Assembly: GCA_002928955.1 (NCBI GenBank)
Contig: PERT01000004.1
Location: 18,902-82,901 of the forward strand
Source of the DNA: Hyphomicrobium sp.
Lineage (GTDB): Bacteria; Pseudomonadota; Alphaproteobacteria; Rhizobiales; Hyphomicrobiaceae
Direction of reading: 5' to 3'
DNA: 64,000 nucleotides
Part shown: positions 47,419 to 56,667 of the stretch, one piece after another
Position numbering within the stretch: position 1 is the first letter of the stretch
Layout of the letters: each line of letters begins with the position of its first letter
Notes under the pieces: model-generated
What the model was told of the DNA's origin: nothing
Databases searched by the model: none
What the model saw: the letters and a program-made list of their open reading frames with translations, nothing else
Position numbers and translations under genes: made by a program

Positions 47419-49401
47419 TCACTCCGCCGGTTGCGGCGCGGCGCCACGACGGCCACGCACCGGCGCGCCGACCCTGAGCCGCCGATCGGTCAGCGATACG
47501 CCACCCGCGATAAACATAATGACGCAGCCGATCCAGATGAAGCGGACGAGCGGATTGAAATAAATCCTCACTGTGAAGCCACCCGTCTGTTGCGCATCAC
47601 CGAGCACGGTATAGAGGTCGCCCCGCCACGAGGCATGAATGCCGGCCTCCGACGTCGGCTGCGGCGGCTGGTCGTAGATCCGCTTTGAGGGATAAAGCGC
47701 CTCGATGCGACTGCCGTCACGCGTCACGTCGAAGCTGCCCACCTGCTCGCGGTAATTCGGCCCCCGGGCCGGGGCAACGCCCTTGAACGTCAACTCGTAC
47801 CCGGCGACCGTCACCTTGTCGCCCGGCTTCATCACCAGGATCGTCTCACTTTGATAGGCGCTCGTTGCGACGATCCCGACCACCATAAGGCCGACGCCGA
47901 AGTGCGCGAGTGTCGTGCCCACCACCGAACGCGGAAGGTTACCGAAGCGCCGCAGCACTTCATCGCGCGCAGCGGTGCCGAGCTTCACACGGTGTGCAAT
48001 CTCCGAAAGCGCGCCCATCATCACGAAGACGCCGAGTGCGATGCCGAACGGCGCCAGCCAAGGCCCACGGCTCGCCATCGCATAGGACATCAAAACGGCC
48101 CCCACGGCCACCGCGCCTGCAAAGAACAACCGCTGCGCAGCACCTCGGAGATCACCCCTTTTCCAGGCCAGGAACGGCCCGAACGGCAGAGCGAGAAGCA
48201 GCGGCAGCATCAGCGGGCCGAACGTCAAATTGAAGAACGGCGGACCGACAGAGATTTTCTCGCCGGTGATCGACTCGAGCGCCAGCGGATAGAGCGTGCC
48301 GACCAGCACAGTCGCGCAACTCGTGGTCAGCAGGATGTTGTTCAGGACCAGCCCGCCCTCCCGCGAGATCGGCGCGAACAGTCCGCCCTGTCGTAACTCC
48401 CCTGCCCTCAACGCGAAGAGCGCCAGCCCGCCGCCGATAAAGATGACCATCAGCCCGAGGATGAACACACCACGCTCCGGATCGACCGCGAAGGCGTGCA
48501 CGCTGGTCAGGACACCCGACCGGACCAGGAATGTCCCGAGAAGCGACAACGAGAACGTCAGAATTGCCAACAGAATGGTCCAGACCTTCAACGCCTCGCG
48601 CTTTTCCATTACAAGCGCGGAATGCAGCAGAGCTGTGCCGGCCAGCCACGGCATGAACGACGCATTCTCGACCGGGTCCCAGAACCACCAGCCACCCCAG
48701 CCGAGTTCATAGTAGGCCCACCAGGAGCCCATCGCGATACCGATCGTCAGGCACATCCATGCGGCCAGCGTCCACGGCCGCACCCAACGCGCCCAGGCGG
48801 CATCGGTGCGGCCCTCGATCAGGGCTGCGATCGCGAACGAGAACGCAATCGAGAAGCCGACGTACCCTGTGTAGAGCAGCGGCGGATGGAAGGCGAGCGC
48901 GGGATCCTGCAGGATTGGATTGAGGCCGCGACCTTCTACCGGCGCTGGGTCGAGCCGATCAAAGGGGTTCGAGGTCGTCAGGATGAAAAGACAGAACGCG
49001 AGTGCAATCGACGCCTGCACCGACAGCACGTTGGCCCGGAGAGTCGTCGGCAGGTTCTGACCGTACATGGCAACGGCGGCGCCGAACAGCGCAAGGATGA
49101 GAACCCACAGCAGCATCGAGCCTTCGTGGTTGCCCCAAACGCCCGAGATCTTGTAGATGAGCGGCTTCGCCGAGTGCGAGTTCTGGGCGACGTTGGCGAC
49201 TGAAAAGTCCGAGTTCACATAGGCATAGGTCAGCGCCAGAAATGCCGCGAACAGCAACATGAACTGGCAAATCGCGGCAGGCTCGCCGATGGCCATCAGC
49301 CGGTCGTCCCGTCGATAGGCGCCCAGCGCGGGTACGATCGTTTGCACGGCCGCCACCACGAGGGCCAGGATCAGCGCGAAGTGTCCAAGCTCGACGATCA
49401 C
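47419..49401 (-). CDS. ccmF: cytochrome c heme lyase subunit CcmF (CycK)
   Basis: 660-aa polytopic protein with the W-rich motif WGGWWFWDPVENASFMPW. Confidence 0.93.
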   Translation of the reverse strand: MIVELGHFALILALVVAAVQTIVPALGAYRRDDRLMAIGEPAAICQFMLLFAAFLALTYAYVNSDFSVANVAQNSHSAKPLIYKISGVWGNHEGSMLLWVLILALFGAAVAMYGQNLPTTLRANVLSVQASIALAFCLFILTTSNPFDRLDPAPVEGRGLNPILQDPALAFHPPLLYTGYVGFSIAFSFAIAALIEGRTDAAWARWVRPWTLAAWMCLTIGIAMGSWWAYYELGWGGWWFWDPVENASFMPWLAGTALLHSALVMEKREALKVWTILLAILTFSLSLLGTFLVRSGVLTSVHAFAVDPERGVFILGLMVIFIGGGLALFALRAGELRQGGLFAPISREGGLVLNNILLTTSCATVLVGTLYPLALESITGEKISVGPPFFNLTFGPLMLPLLLALPFGPFLAWKRGDLRGAAQRLFFAGAVAVGAVLMSYAMASRGPWLAPFGIALGVFVMMGALSEIAHRVKLGTAARDEVLRRFGNLPRSVVGTTLAHFGVGLMVVGIVATSAYQSETILVMKPGDKVTVAGYELTFKGVAPARGPNYREQVGSFDVTRDGSRIEALYPSKRIYDQPPQPTSEAGIHASWRGDLYTVLGDAQQTGGFTVRIYFNPLVRFIWIGCVIMFIAGGVSLTDRRLRVGAPVRGRRGAAPQPAE

Positions 49402-49449
49402 GCGGCCTCTCCTTATGAATTCCGGGTCACGGCCCGGATTATGCAGATC

Positions 49450-49956
49450 CTAGTTCTTCCGCGCTGCCGGAGTGGCCGTGTCCCCGGGAGAGCTGCCCGG
49501 TGCGCTCACCGGATGTGACTTTGCGTCGCCGAGCTTCACGCCACGCTCCTTCAGCGACTTGGCCACTTCTGGCGGCATGTAGTTTTCATCATGCTTGGCG
49601 AGGACGCTGTCCGCAACAAATACGCCTTGGGCAGTCAGTTTACCTTCGGCCACCACGCCCTGCCCTTCGCGGAAAAGGTCGGGCAGAATTCCTTTGTAAG
49701 CCACAGCGATCGTCTTGAGCGTGTCGGTGACGGCGAATTCGACTTCGGCGCCGCCACCGCGCTTCACGCTGCCATCTGCGACAAGCCCGCCGAGCCGGAT
49801 GCGCTGGCCGGCCGGGATCTTCTTCTCGGAAATGTCACTCGGCGTATGGAAGAACACCACCGTATCCCGAAGCGCAAACATCACCAGGATCGCCGCGACC
49901 GACAGCACCGCGACGCCCGATCCGATCATCAGTCCACGCCGTTGCTTCCGTGTCAT
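49450..49956 (-). CDS. ccmE: cytochrome c maturation heme chaperone CcmE (CycJ)
   Basis: N-terminal anchor and the heme-binding motif [13 protein letters not shown]. Confidence 0.92.
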   Translation of the reverse strand: MTRKQRRGLMIGSGVAVLSVAAILVMFALRDTVVFFHTPSDISEKKIPAGQRIRLGGLVADGSVKRGGGAEVEFAVTDTLKTIAVAYKGILPDLFREGQGVVAEGKLTAQGVFVADSVLAKHDENYMPPEVAKSLKERGVKLGDAKSHPVSAPGSSPGDTATPAARKN

Positions 49957-50033
49957 GCTCTTTCAATCCAAGTTGCGTGAGACACGTGCAGGCCCCGCCG
50001 CGAAATATGTCTCTCAATTGGCTATTGGCACCA

Positions 50034-51242
50034 TCAAGACCCAAGCCCAAGGCTTTTCGCAAGTCCATCGAGCTGGCCCATAGACGCGCTGTCACCTCCG
50101 AAGTTGCGCCGCGCCGCAGCCAAAGCGGATACCGCATCCTCTTTGCGCCCCATCACAGTGTAAGCGCGCACGAGTTGCAACCAACCTGCCAGGTCGCGGC
50201 CATTGATCTTGAGCTTCGCCGCCAGCCCATCGACCATGCCTTGTATCATCGCCGTCCGCTGCTCTGGCGTCATCTGTGCAGCCGCCGCGATGTCATCGGC
50301 GTTAGGGCCTCGGCCCGATGATTCCGCGCCACCCGCGGCCGGTGCCGGCACAGCCATACTGGGCAGCGCCTCAGCCACGGAACCTGGCTTGCCCCGCTGT
50401 TCCATCACAGCCTTCAATCGCATTTCGACGGTGGCTTTCCAAGGTGACGTCGGGGTGGCTTCCGAAAGCAGCGCCTCGTAGTCGGCGGCCGCAAGATCGA
50501 ACTTTCCGTCCTGTTCCTTGGCGAGGGCCAGCCAGAACCGCGGCTCCATGCGCTCAGGCTCCAACGTCCTCAAACGTTGATAGGCGAGCCGCGCAACATC
50601 GTTAACGATGCCATTGCCGGCCAGCACGTGCGCCTCACCCAGTCCACCGAGCCGCTTGGGCGATTCGCCCATCAGCTGGATCGCACGCGCAAATGCATTT
50701 GCAGCCTCGCCGTAGCGCTCCTGCATGAGATAAACGGGTGCGAGAACGTCCCAACCCGGTCCGTCCTCCGGGTTCTCGCGCAGTCGGGCCTCGACCTTGG
50801 CCACCAGTTCCGCGACACTTGATTGCTCGGCCGGTGTTTTCAAGCGCGCTTCATAGTGGCTGGACGGCAGGTTTGGCGATCCGAGCACAAGATACAATGC
50901 GACACTGGCCAGCGGCACCAACGTGGCCATAGCGATCCCTACACCCGAAAAAACAGCGGATTCTGGCGGCGCTGCTTCAATCGAGCCCTGCGCCACGGAC
51001 GCGTGACCCGCGCTTTCCCGCGCCAGAAGCCGACGGGCGACCTCCGCCCGTGCGGCTTCCGCCTCTACCGCTCCGATCAGCCCGCGGCCGCGATCGGCTT
51101 CGATCTCTGCGAGTTGGTCGCGATAGACGGCCATGTCGGCTTCGGCCGGTGCGAGGGCATTGCCGTGTTCCCGCATCAGCGGCCGAACGAGAGCTGCCAC
51201 CACCACCGCGGTCAAAACCGAGAATCCAATCCACAACAGCAT
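50034..51242 (-). CDS. ccmI: cytochrome c-type biogenesis protein CcmI (CycH), TPR-containing
   Basis: N-terminal TM (MLLWIGFSVLTAVVVAALV), a second TM, TPR-like C-terminal half, and position upstream of ccmEFH. ATG at 51242 is preferred over TTG at 51272. Confidence 0.8.
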   Translation of the reverse strand: MLLWIGFSVLTAVVVAALVRPLMREHGNALAPAEADMAVYRDQLAEIEADRGRGLIGAVEAEAARAEVARRLLARESAGHASVAQGSIEAAPPESAVFSGVGIAMATLVPLASVALYLVLGSPNLPSSHYEARLKTPAEQSSVAELVAKVEARLRENPEDGPGWDVLAPVYLMQERYGEAANAFARAIQLMGESPKRLGGLGEAHVLAGNGIVNDVARLAYQRLRTLEPERMEPRFWLALAKEQDGKFDLAAADYEALLSEATPTSPWKATVEMRLKAVMEQRGKPGSVAEALPSMAVPAPAAGGAESSGRGPNADDIAAAAQMTPEQRTAMIQGMVDGLAAKLKINGRDLAGWLQLVRAYTVMGRKEDAVSALAAARRNFGGDSASMGQLDGLAKSLGLGS

Positions 51243-51402
51243 GTTCGTTCCGTGCTGGGCCTGAACCCTCAATGGTGTCTGTGCCTTTTATTGGATTAGG
51301 GGGGGAACGGGTCCAAGACAAGGCCACCACGGTGGAATTGCGCTTCTGTCGCGGAACCACCAGGAATACCCTGTTCAGGTCGTCCGGCGGCGCCCCGACC
51401 TA

Positions 51403-51437
51403 GAAAAGGCGTGCCCCGAACTGCTTCCGGGCACGCC
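51403..51437 (-). terminator. rho-independent-type terminator after the lipoprotein gene
   Basis: Minus strand reads GGCGTGCCCG-gaagcagtt-CGGGGCACGCC followed by TTTTC: a GC stem of about 9-10 bp plus a short T tract, about 45 nt after the stop at 51480. Confidence 0.5.
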
Positions 51438-51479
51438 TCGATGTCGGGCGATTTACGCTATTTGACGACCGGGCGTTGA

Positions 51480-51950
51480 TCAGCTGATGTTGGTCCAGGT
51501 CCCATCCGCGTTGCGGCAGGCGGTCCCGCGCATGGCCTGGGGACGGCCATCGATAAAGATCTTATGGGTGTAATCGCGACAATCCCGCTCCGCCCGACGA
51601 TACGGCCGGCTTGGCACAATCTCCCCGTAGCGGCCGTTGTCGGGGTTGCGCCAGACCTGTGTTCGTCCTGACTCGCCGCGTTCGAGAGCTGCAAATTCAG
51701 CCTGCTGCGCCAGATAGCGGTCCTGCTGATCGAGCGAACGGCCGATCTCACTGCCTATGATCCCTCCAACCACTGCGCCCGCGGCTGTCGCCAGAATATT
51801 GCCCGTACCTTTCCCGACAGTATTGCCGATGAGACCGCCGACGACTGCGCCGCCGACCAAACCGGTATCAGCCTTGTTGGGCCCATTTGGCCCGCATGCT
51901 GCCAATAGCAGCGATAGTGACACGATTGCCAGGGCGCGCGGGGTGCGCAT
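51480..51950 (-). CDS. glycine-zipper (17-kDa surface antigen-type) outer-membrane lipoprotein
   Basis: Lipobox LLLAAC after MRTPRALAIVSLS, and a glycine zipper GGAVVGGLIGNTVGKGTGNILATAAGAVVGGIIG. ATG at 51950 has GGAGGAG upstream. Confidence 0.8.
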   Translation of the reverse strand: MRTPRALAIVSLSLLLAACGPNGPNKADTGLVGGAVVGGLIGNTVGKGTGNILATAAGAVVGGIIGSEIGRSLDQQDRYLAQQAEFAALERGESGRTQVWRNPDNGRYGEIVPSRPYRRAERDCRDYTHKIFIDGRPQAMRGTACRNADGTWTNIS

Positions 51951-52452
51951 AGCGTTCTCCTCCCGTCGATTCACGGTCTGCGATCGCAAACGCTTAACCA
52001 GACCCCAACCGGACGCCATCCAACGCATTGCCGACAGATCCAGCCAGTCCGTAGGTGATTGGCTGAGATTCGGGCGAAAGTTCGACTCCCTCGCGTGAAG
52101 ATTTCGAAATCCGCTTCATTCGCACTTCTTGGACGCGAGCGGACTTCGAAATCTGGGTCACGCCGGAACCGCAAGGTTGCTCTTGTACTGTCGCCCGCGA
52201 AGATCGAAATGGCACCCGTCACAGAATGAAGCGACCCTCGCGGTCGGACCACTCGTGTTTCGGTTCAGACATTGTCGTCCGTTCGTTGAGAACTCTTGAG
52301 CACATGTCCTATCCATGAGGTATGCGAGTGACACGATAACCCTCGTGTAGCGACGACATCAGAGGTTTGACTCCGAGATCAGCCGGGACGAGGGAGGCTG
52401 CAAACGTCCGACGCACTGGACCTGCCATTCATTCCCTCGATTTGAGGTGGAC

Positions 52453-53826
52453 TTACGCCGCCGGTAGCACAAGTCGCACCGCAAGCCCGCCATGCCTGGA
52501 GGCATCGAGTTCGACCGATCCGCGATAGGACTGGGCAAGGTCGGTCACAATCGAGAGCCCGAGCCCGGAGCCCGGCTTACTCTCGTCAAGCCGCATCCCT
52601 CTCTTGCCGATCCTCGCACGCTGCTCGGCCGACAAGCCAGGCCCGTCGTCCTCGACGAGGATCACCGCCTGTTTCGGATGCCCCTTTGCCGGTAGCGGCA
52701 AGGACACGGATAGAAACACGCTCCGTTTCGACCACTTGCTCGCATTGTCGAGCAGGTTCCCGAGCATTTCCTCCAGATCCTGCTTCTCTCCCTGGAAGCG
52801 AGCGTCAGGCGGGCAGTCGACCTTGATGCGGACGCCCTTGTCGCGATGGATCCGCTCCAGCGCGCGCGTCAAGGGCTCGACCAGCGGCAGGATCGGGGTC
52901 ACCCGACCGATCACACCAACGCGCGCCGCCATCCGTGCGCGGTCGAGATAGTGGCTGACCTGATCGCGCATGATCTGAGCCTGTTCGGCGACCTTTTTCG
53001 CGAACGCCGATTTGTCATCGCGCGCCTCATTGGTGATCACAGCCAGCGGCGTCTTCAAGGCGTGCGCGAGGTTGCCGACCTGCGTGCGCGCACGATCGAC
53101 GATGTCCTGGTTCGAGTGGATAAGCGCGTTGAGCTCTGACTGCAGCGGCTCGATCTCTACTGGAAGCTGGCCATCGAGCCGCGCCTTCTCGCCCGACCGG
53201 ATCGCCGCCAGCCCGCGTTCGATCTGCCGCAGCGGCAACAGTCCAAATCGAACCTGAAACAGCGTCGTGGCCAGCAGGCCGAGCCCGGCCAGGGCGAGGG
53301 CAATGCTCAGCCGCCGGCCGAACTCGCCGATCCTTTCGTTGAGATCTTCGATCGGTCCGGCAACCGTGATCGAGTACTTGGGACCCGGCTCGTGCTGCAG
53401 CGTATCAATTAGCTCCACGATGCGGACCGGTTCACCCACCGGACCCTTGACGTTCATCCAACGGGTGCCGGTCGCGTCGGCCGGGAACTTTCGCTCCAGC
53501 GGGCTATCGAGAGATGCGGTGGCCAACGACGCCGAAACGAGCTTCCGCCTGCCCGGATCGTCCAGTGGCTTCACCTGCCAGTACCACCCGGAGTGGGTCT
53601 GCTCGAACAACGGCTCAAAGCGGTTAACCGGCGCCAACGGCTCACCAATGCCGTCCATGCTATCGAGACGCACTCCGTCCGCGAGACGTTTCAAGCGGTC
53701 GTCGTAGTTGCGTTGCAGATCATCCTTGTAAATCGAAAAAATAATGATCCCAGCGATCGGCAGGACCACAAGCGTCCATGCCGCCAACGTCGCCAGCAAC
53801 CGGAACGCGAGGGAGTTAAGTCTCAT
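52453..53826 (-). CDS. sensor histidine kinase (two TM, HAMP, HisKA, HATPase_c)
   Basis: H-box GNLAHALKTPLAVI, N-box LLDNASKW, G-boxes DDGPGL and GSGLGLS. It overlaps the response regulator gene by 11 nt. Confidence 0.88.
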   Translation of the reverse strand: MRLNSLAFRLLATLAAWTLVVLPIAGIIIFSIYKDDLQRNYDDRLKRLADGVRLDSMDGIGEPLAPVNRFEPLFEQTHSGWYWQVKPLDDPGRRKLVSASLATASLDSPLERKFPADATGTRWMNVKGPVGEPVRIVELIDTLQHEPGPKYSITVAGPIEDLNERIGEFGRRLSIALALAGLGLLATTLFQVRFGLLPLRQIERGLAAIRSGEKARLDGQLPVEIEPLQSELNALIHSNQDIVDRARTQVGNLAHALKTPLAVITNEARDDKSAFAKKVAEQAQIMRDQVSHYLDRARMAARVGVIGRVTPILPLVEPLTRALERIHRDKGVRIKVDCPPDARFQGEKQDLEEMLGNLLDNASKWSKRSVFLSVSLPLPAKGHPKQAVILVEDDGPGLSAEQRARIGKRGMRLDESKPGSGLGLSIVTDLAQSYRGSVELDASRHGGLAVRLVLPAA

Positions 53827-54505
53827 TGGTTCCTTCGGCCAGCCGGTAGCCGAGGCCGCGCACCGTCTCGATCACATCGGCGGGGATCTTCTTTCTAAGA
53901 CGCCCTATGAACACTTCGATCGTATTCGAATCGCGATCAAAGTCCTGCTCGTAGAGATGCTCGACCAATTCCGTACGCGACACCACCCGACCGCGATGAT
54001 GCATGAGGTAGGCGAGCAGCCGGTATTCATGCGACGTGAGCTTGATCTGCTGGCCGTCGCACGTCACCCGTGCCGACTTGGTGTCCAACCGCACCGGGCC
54101 GCATTCGATCTCGCTCTTGGCGTGGCCGGACGCGCGGCGCACCTGCGCCCGAATGCGCGCCAGCAATTCCTCCATGTGGAACGGTTTGGCGAGGTAGTCG
54201 TCGGCGCCTGCGTCCATGCCGGCAACTTTGTCGCTCCAGCGGTCGCGGGCCGTCAGGATAATCACCGGCATGTTGCGGTTGGCGCGGCGCCACTGCTCCA
54301 GGATCGACAGGCCGTCCATTTTCGGCAGCCCGAGATCGAGGATGATCATGTCATAGGGTTCGGTCTCCCCGAGAAAGTATCCTTCCTCGCCGTCGCTGGC
54401 GCTGTCGACGGCGTAACCGGCGTCCGAGATGGCCTGGACCAGCTGCCGATTGAGATCCCGATCGTCTTCGACAACGAGAATGCGCACAGGATACCTCTGA
54501 CCCAT
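53816..54505 (-). CDS. OmpR/PhoB-family response regulator
   Basis: Receiver domain VRILVVEDDRDL...MIILDLGLPKMDG and a winged-helix C-terminus (VRGLGYRL). An alternative GTG start at 54487 has a better-placed AGAGG. Confidence 0.88.
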   Translation of the reverse strand: MGQRYPVRILVVEDDRDLNRQLVQAISDAGYAVDSASDGEEGYFLGETEPYDMIILDLGLPKMDGLSILEQWRRANRNMPVIILTARDRWSDKVAGMDAGADDYLAKPFHMEELLARIRAQVRRASGHAKSEIECGPVRLDTKSARVTCDGQQIKLTSHEYRLLAYLMHHRGRVVSRTELVEHLYEQDFDRDSNTIEVFIGRLRKKIPADVIETVRGLGYRLAEGTNET

Positions 54506-54599
54506 ACGGCCAACCTGCTGGTCGGCCGCTGCGAGTTCGAACGACTAAGCCTCACGACTATACATGGGGCGACAGATGTAAATCCAGCGGCACATCGTG

Positions 54600-54902
54600 T
54601 CAGCGGGCGAACGGCTTCCGGGCATCCACATTGAGGGTCTTCAACTGGCCTTTTCCGTCCTTGACCACGATCCGGTAGGTAAAGTCACCTTTGTCCTGGC
54701 ATAGCGTGGTGCGCACAATTTCTCCCGAGCCCGAGGATTTGGCGAGTTGCGACAGCTGCTCGACGGTCGCCAGCCCTTCCTTCTTGACGACCGGGGCAGC
54801 AACCGACCAGTCCGCAAAGCACGATTCGCCCGCGTGGGCGGGCATCACAGCACCTGCCACGATCAGGATCGAAAGGGTTCGTCGTGTCAGAATGCGAAAC
54901 AT
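54600..54902 (-). CDS. small secreted PepSY-like protein
   Basis: 100 aa with a signal peptide (...VMPAHAGES). Size and position upstream of an OmpR/HK pair are typical for PepSY-domain proteins. The domain call is from memory of this arrangement. Confidence 0.55.
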   Translation of the reverse strand: MFRILTRRTLSILIVAGAVMPAHAGESCFADWSVAAPVVKKEGLATVEQLSQLAKSSGSGEIVRTTLCQDKGDFTYRIVVKDGKGQLKTLNVDARKPFAR

Positions 54903-54933
54903 GTGCTCAACCGGTCATTGAAGATCAGACAAA

Positions 54934-55113
54934 CTCGTGTAGCGCATCTGACGTTTGGTCCCCACTCGGGGCTGGACTCAAAACCAAATGTCAGATGCAA
55001 AAGCTACACGAGAATCATATGGATGCTAGTGTTCCTTACGGCGCCGACATTTGATCTGGAGCGGGTTGCAATGGGAAGCAAATGACGGCGCCGGAACACT
55101 AGGGCCGATTGCC
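54934..55113 (-). repeat. ~175-bp structured intergenic repeat, copy B (inverted relative to copy A)
   Basis: The reverse complement aligns with 6418-6594 across both hairpin modules. Some arm substitutions keep pairing (for example G-T in copy A versus A-T in copy B in hairpin 2). Confidence 0.85.
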
Positions 55114-55136
55114 TGAACCCGGAATGAATAGTTTGG

Positions 55137-55297
55137 CGGGTGTTCCGGTTCCGATGTCTGCTTCCTTCAGCTGCGCCGTTCGGAGCAAATATCGGAACCG
55201 CAGAAAAAGCACTCAGCAACTTGTAATTGTTGCATTTTTCTATGATGTCCGGTTCATTTCGACCCGCCGCGACTGGGGACCAGACGTCCGATGCGCG
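55137..55297 (+). repeat. diverged member or fragment mosaic of the same repeat family, copy C, head-to-head with copy B
   Basis: It shares the 5' box gtgttccgg, the short blocks agcaact and tctatgat, and a 3' box tggggaccagacgtccgatgcgc (21/23 identical to copy A). It has its own perfect 9-bp stem ggttccgat/atcggaacc. The central part is not alignable by eye. Confidence 0.55.
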
Positions 55298-55306
55298 GCA
55301 ATGGCA

Positions 55307-56608
55307 TTAGATCCGGATGTTCATGTCCCGCCGTTCCAGCGGATGTGTCGCACGAATTCGTCCCCAGATCGTCAGCGCGGTGCCCACCAGCCCTCCCACC
55401 GCCTGGAATACCTGCACGGCCTGGCCGCCAGCCTGACGGATGGCCTCGCCGGTAATGTCGACACCGACAACCGGACCCACGACCGGCACCACGGTTGCCA
55501 GCGCCGTCACAACCGCGCCCCAAATCGTCATCGACTGCCCCCACCATTTGGGTGCCGGCTGGCCTGCTGTATCGTTCTGCATGGTCTCGTATCCTTTCGT
55601 CGTGTTGCTGAGGCTTCTTGAGTGGGGATCGGCGATCGCCAAGGCCCGTTCGAGGGTCAGATCCGCGCGCCTCAACCAGCCGCGGCCGAAGCGCCAGAAA
55701 TGTGGGAGAGCGCGATACCGTGCCCGGCGGATATCGGCGTAACGCGACAACAGATCCGTCGCAGAGGCCCGATCGATCGCCGCCCGCGTCTCGGGACCGA
55801 TCTCGCCGTCGACCGTCGCACCGGATGCTTCCTGCAGCGTACGAGCCGCCGTGCCAACGCCGTGGTTGACCGCCGCATCGAAATGCATGAGCGCAAGTCC
55901 GGGATCGAGATCCGCACACCCAGCCGGCAGCCAGTAGCGCCGGAGGTAGATTTCTCGAACCGTCTCACCCGCGATCCGTCTCAACTCGTCCTTGAGTGCG
56001 CCGGTGTTGGTGCCGTCGAGCGTGATGCCCTTCCATGCCGCATAAACCGCAAGGGTGATTCCCTGGTTGGTCGGCCCTCCCGGATCGTAAGGATCCTCGG
56101 TCCAGCCGCCTTCCATTTCGAGCACATGGTTCAGTGCGCGATCGAAGACCTTGGCATCCGATTGCTGTTGGGAATTGCCTGTTGCCACCGCCGGCCAGCG
56201 GAGCCCGAGCAGCCGCGACTTGTCGATCGCCTCGACTGAAACCGAGTCGCTCTGGTTGCCACCAAGAAGATATATATTGTCCTCGCTCTCGCCGAGCATG
56301 AACCCGACATGCCCTTGTCCAGGGTCATTTCCCCGCGAGAACACCGCGATCGCACCAAGCCGGAAGTTATCGATCGGCTCTCCCCATTTGAGGTATGATC
56401 GTGCCAGCAACGATTTCGTGCTATCGATTCCGGCGCGCGCAAGACAAGCCCCGACAAAAGCCGCGCACCACGCGGTCTCGTCGCTTTTGATCTGAGGGTG
56501 CCCGGCATCCTTGAACAGCGCCGCGATGCGCGGATTGCTCCCGCTGCCGCGCACTTCGCGAATACCCGTCTCTGGCCACGCGTGCTTGAGCCAGCCTGGT
56601 TGCTGCAT
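55307..56608 (-). CDS. multi-domain peptidoglycan hydrolase: TIGR02594-like N-terminal domain + GH108 muramidase-like domain + PG_binding_3-like domain + two C-terminal TM helices
   Basis: N-terminus WLKHAWPETGIREVRGSGSNPRI...ETAWCAAFVGACL (TIGR02594/CHAP-like pattern). Middle region FDRALNHVLEMEGGWTEDPYDPGGPTNQGIT (GH108 EGG..DPGG.T..GIT pattern), followed by YLRRYW...LMHFDAAVNHG. C-terminus MTIWGAVVTALATVVPVVGPVVG and VGGLVGTALTIWG. ATG at 56608 has GAGGGA upstream. It lies 60 nt after the g15 stop on the same strand. Confidence 0.75.
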   Translation of the reverse strand: MQQPGWLKHAWPETGIREVRGSGSNPRIAALFKDAGHPQIKSDETAWCAAFVGACLARAGIDSTKSLLARSYLKWGEPIDNFRLGAIAVFSRGNDPGQGHVGFMLGESEDNIYLLGGNQSDSVSVEAIDKSRLLGLRWPAVATGNSQQQSDAKVFDRALNHVLEMEGGWTEDPYDPGGPTNQGITLAVYAAWKGITLDGTNTGALKDELRRIAGETVREIYLRRYWLPAGCADLDPGLALMHFDAAVNHGVGTAARTLQEASGATVDGEIGPETRAAIDRASATDLLSRYADIRRARYRALPHFWRFGRGWLRRADLTLERALAIADPHSRSLSNTTKGYETMQNDTAGQPAPKWWGQSMTIWGAVVTALATVVPVVGPVVGVDITGEAIRQAGGQAVQVFQAVGGLVGTALTIWGRIRATHPLERRDMNIRI

Positions 56609-56667
56609 GTCATCCCTCGTGTGGGTTTGGATTGATGGGAACATCGGATCGACGGTTCAAAGACCAA

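Noticed and set aside
52340-52420. Possible fourth, degenerate remnant of the repeat family (ctcgtgtagcg ... caaacgtccgacgc)
   Set aside because: Only an 11-mer and a roughly 14-mer match, and the intervening sequence and predicted stem do not align. That is too little to call without a computed alignment.
6418-55113. The two inverted full repeat copies as ends of a composite mobile element or invertible 48.5-kb segment
   Set aside because: The interior is ordinary housekeeping DNA (ubiquinone, phn, pepN, glnE, ccm, degP). There is no transposase or recombinase and no flanking direct target duplication that I can see. The inverted orientation is most simply coincidental for a dispersed element.
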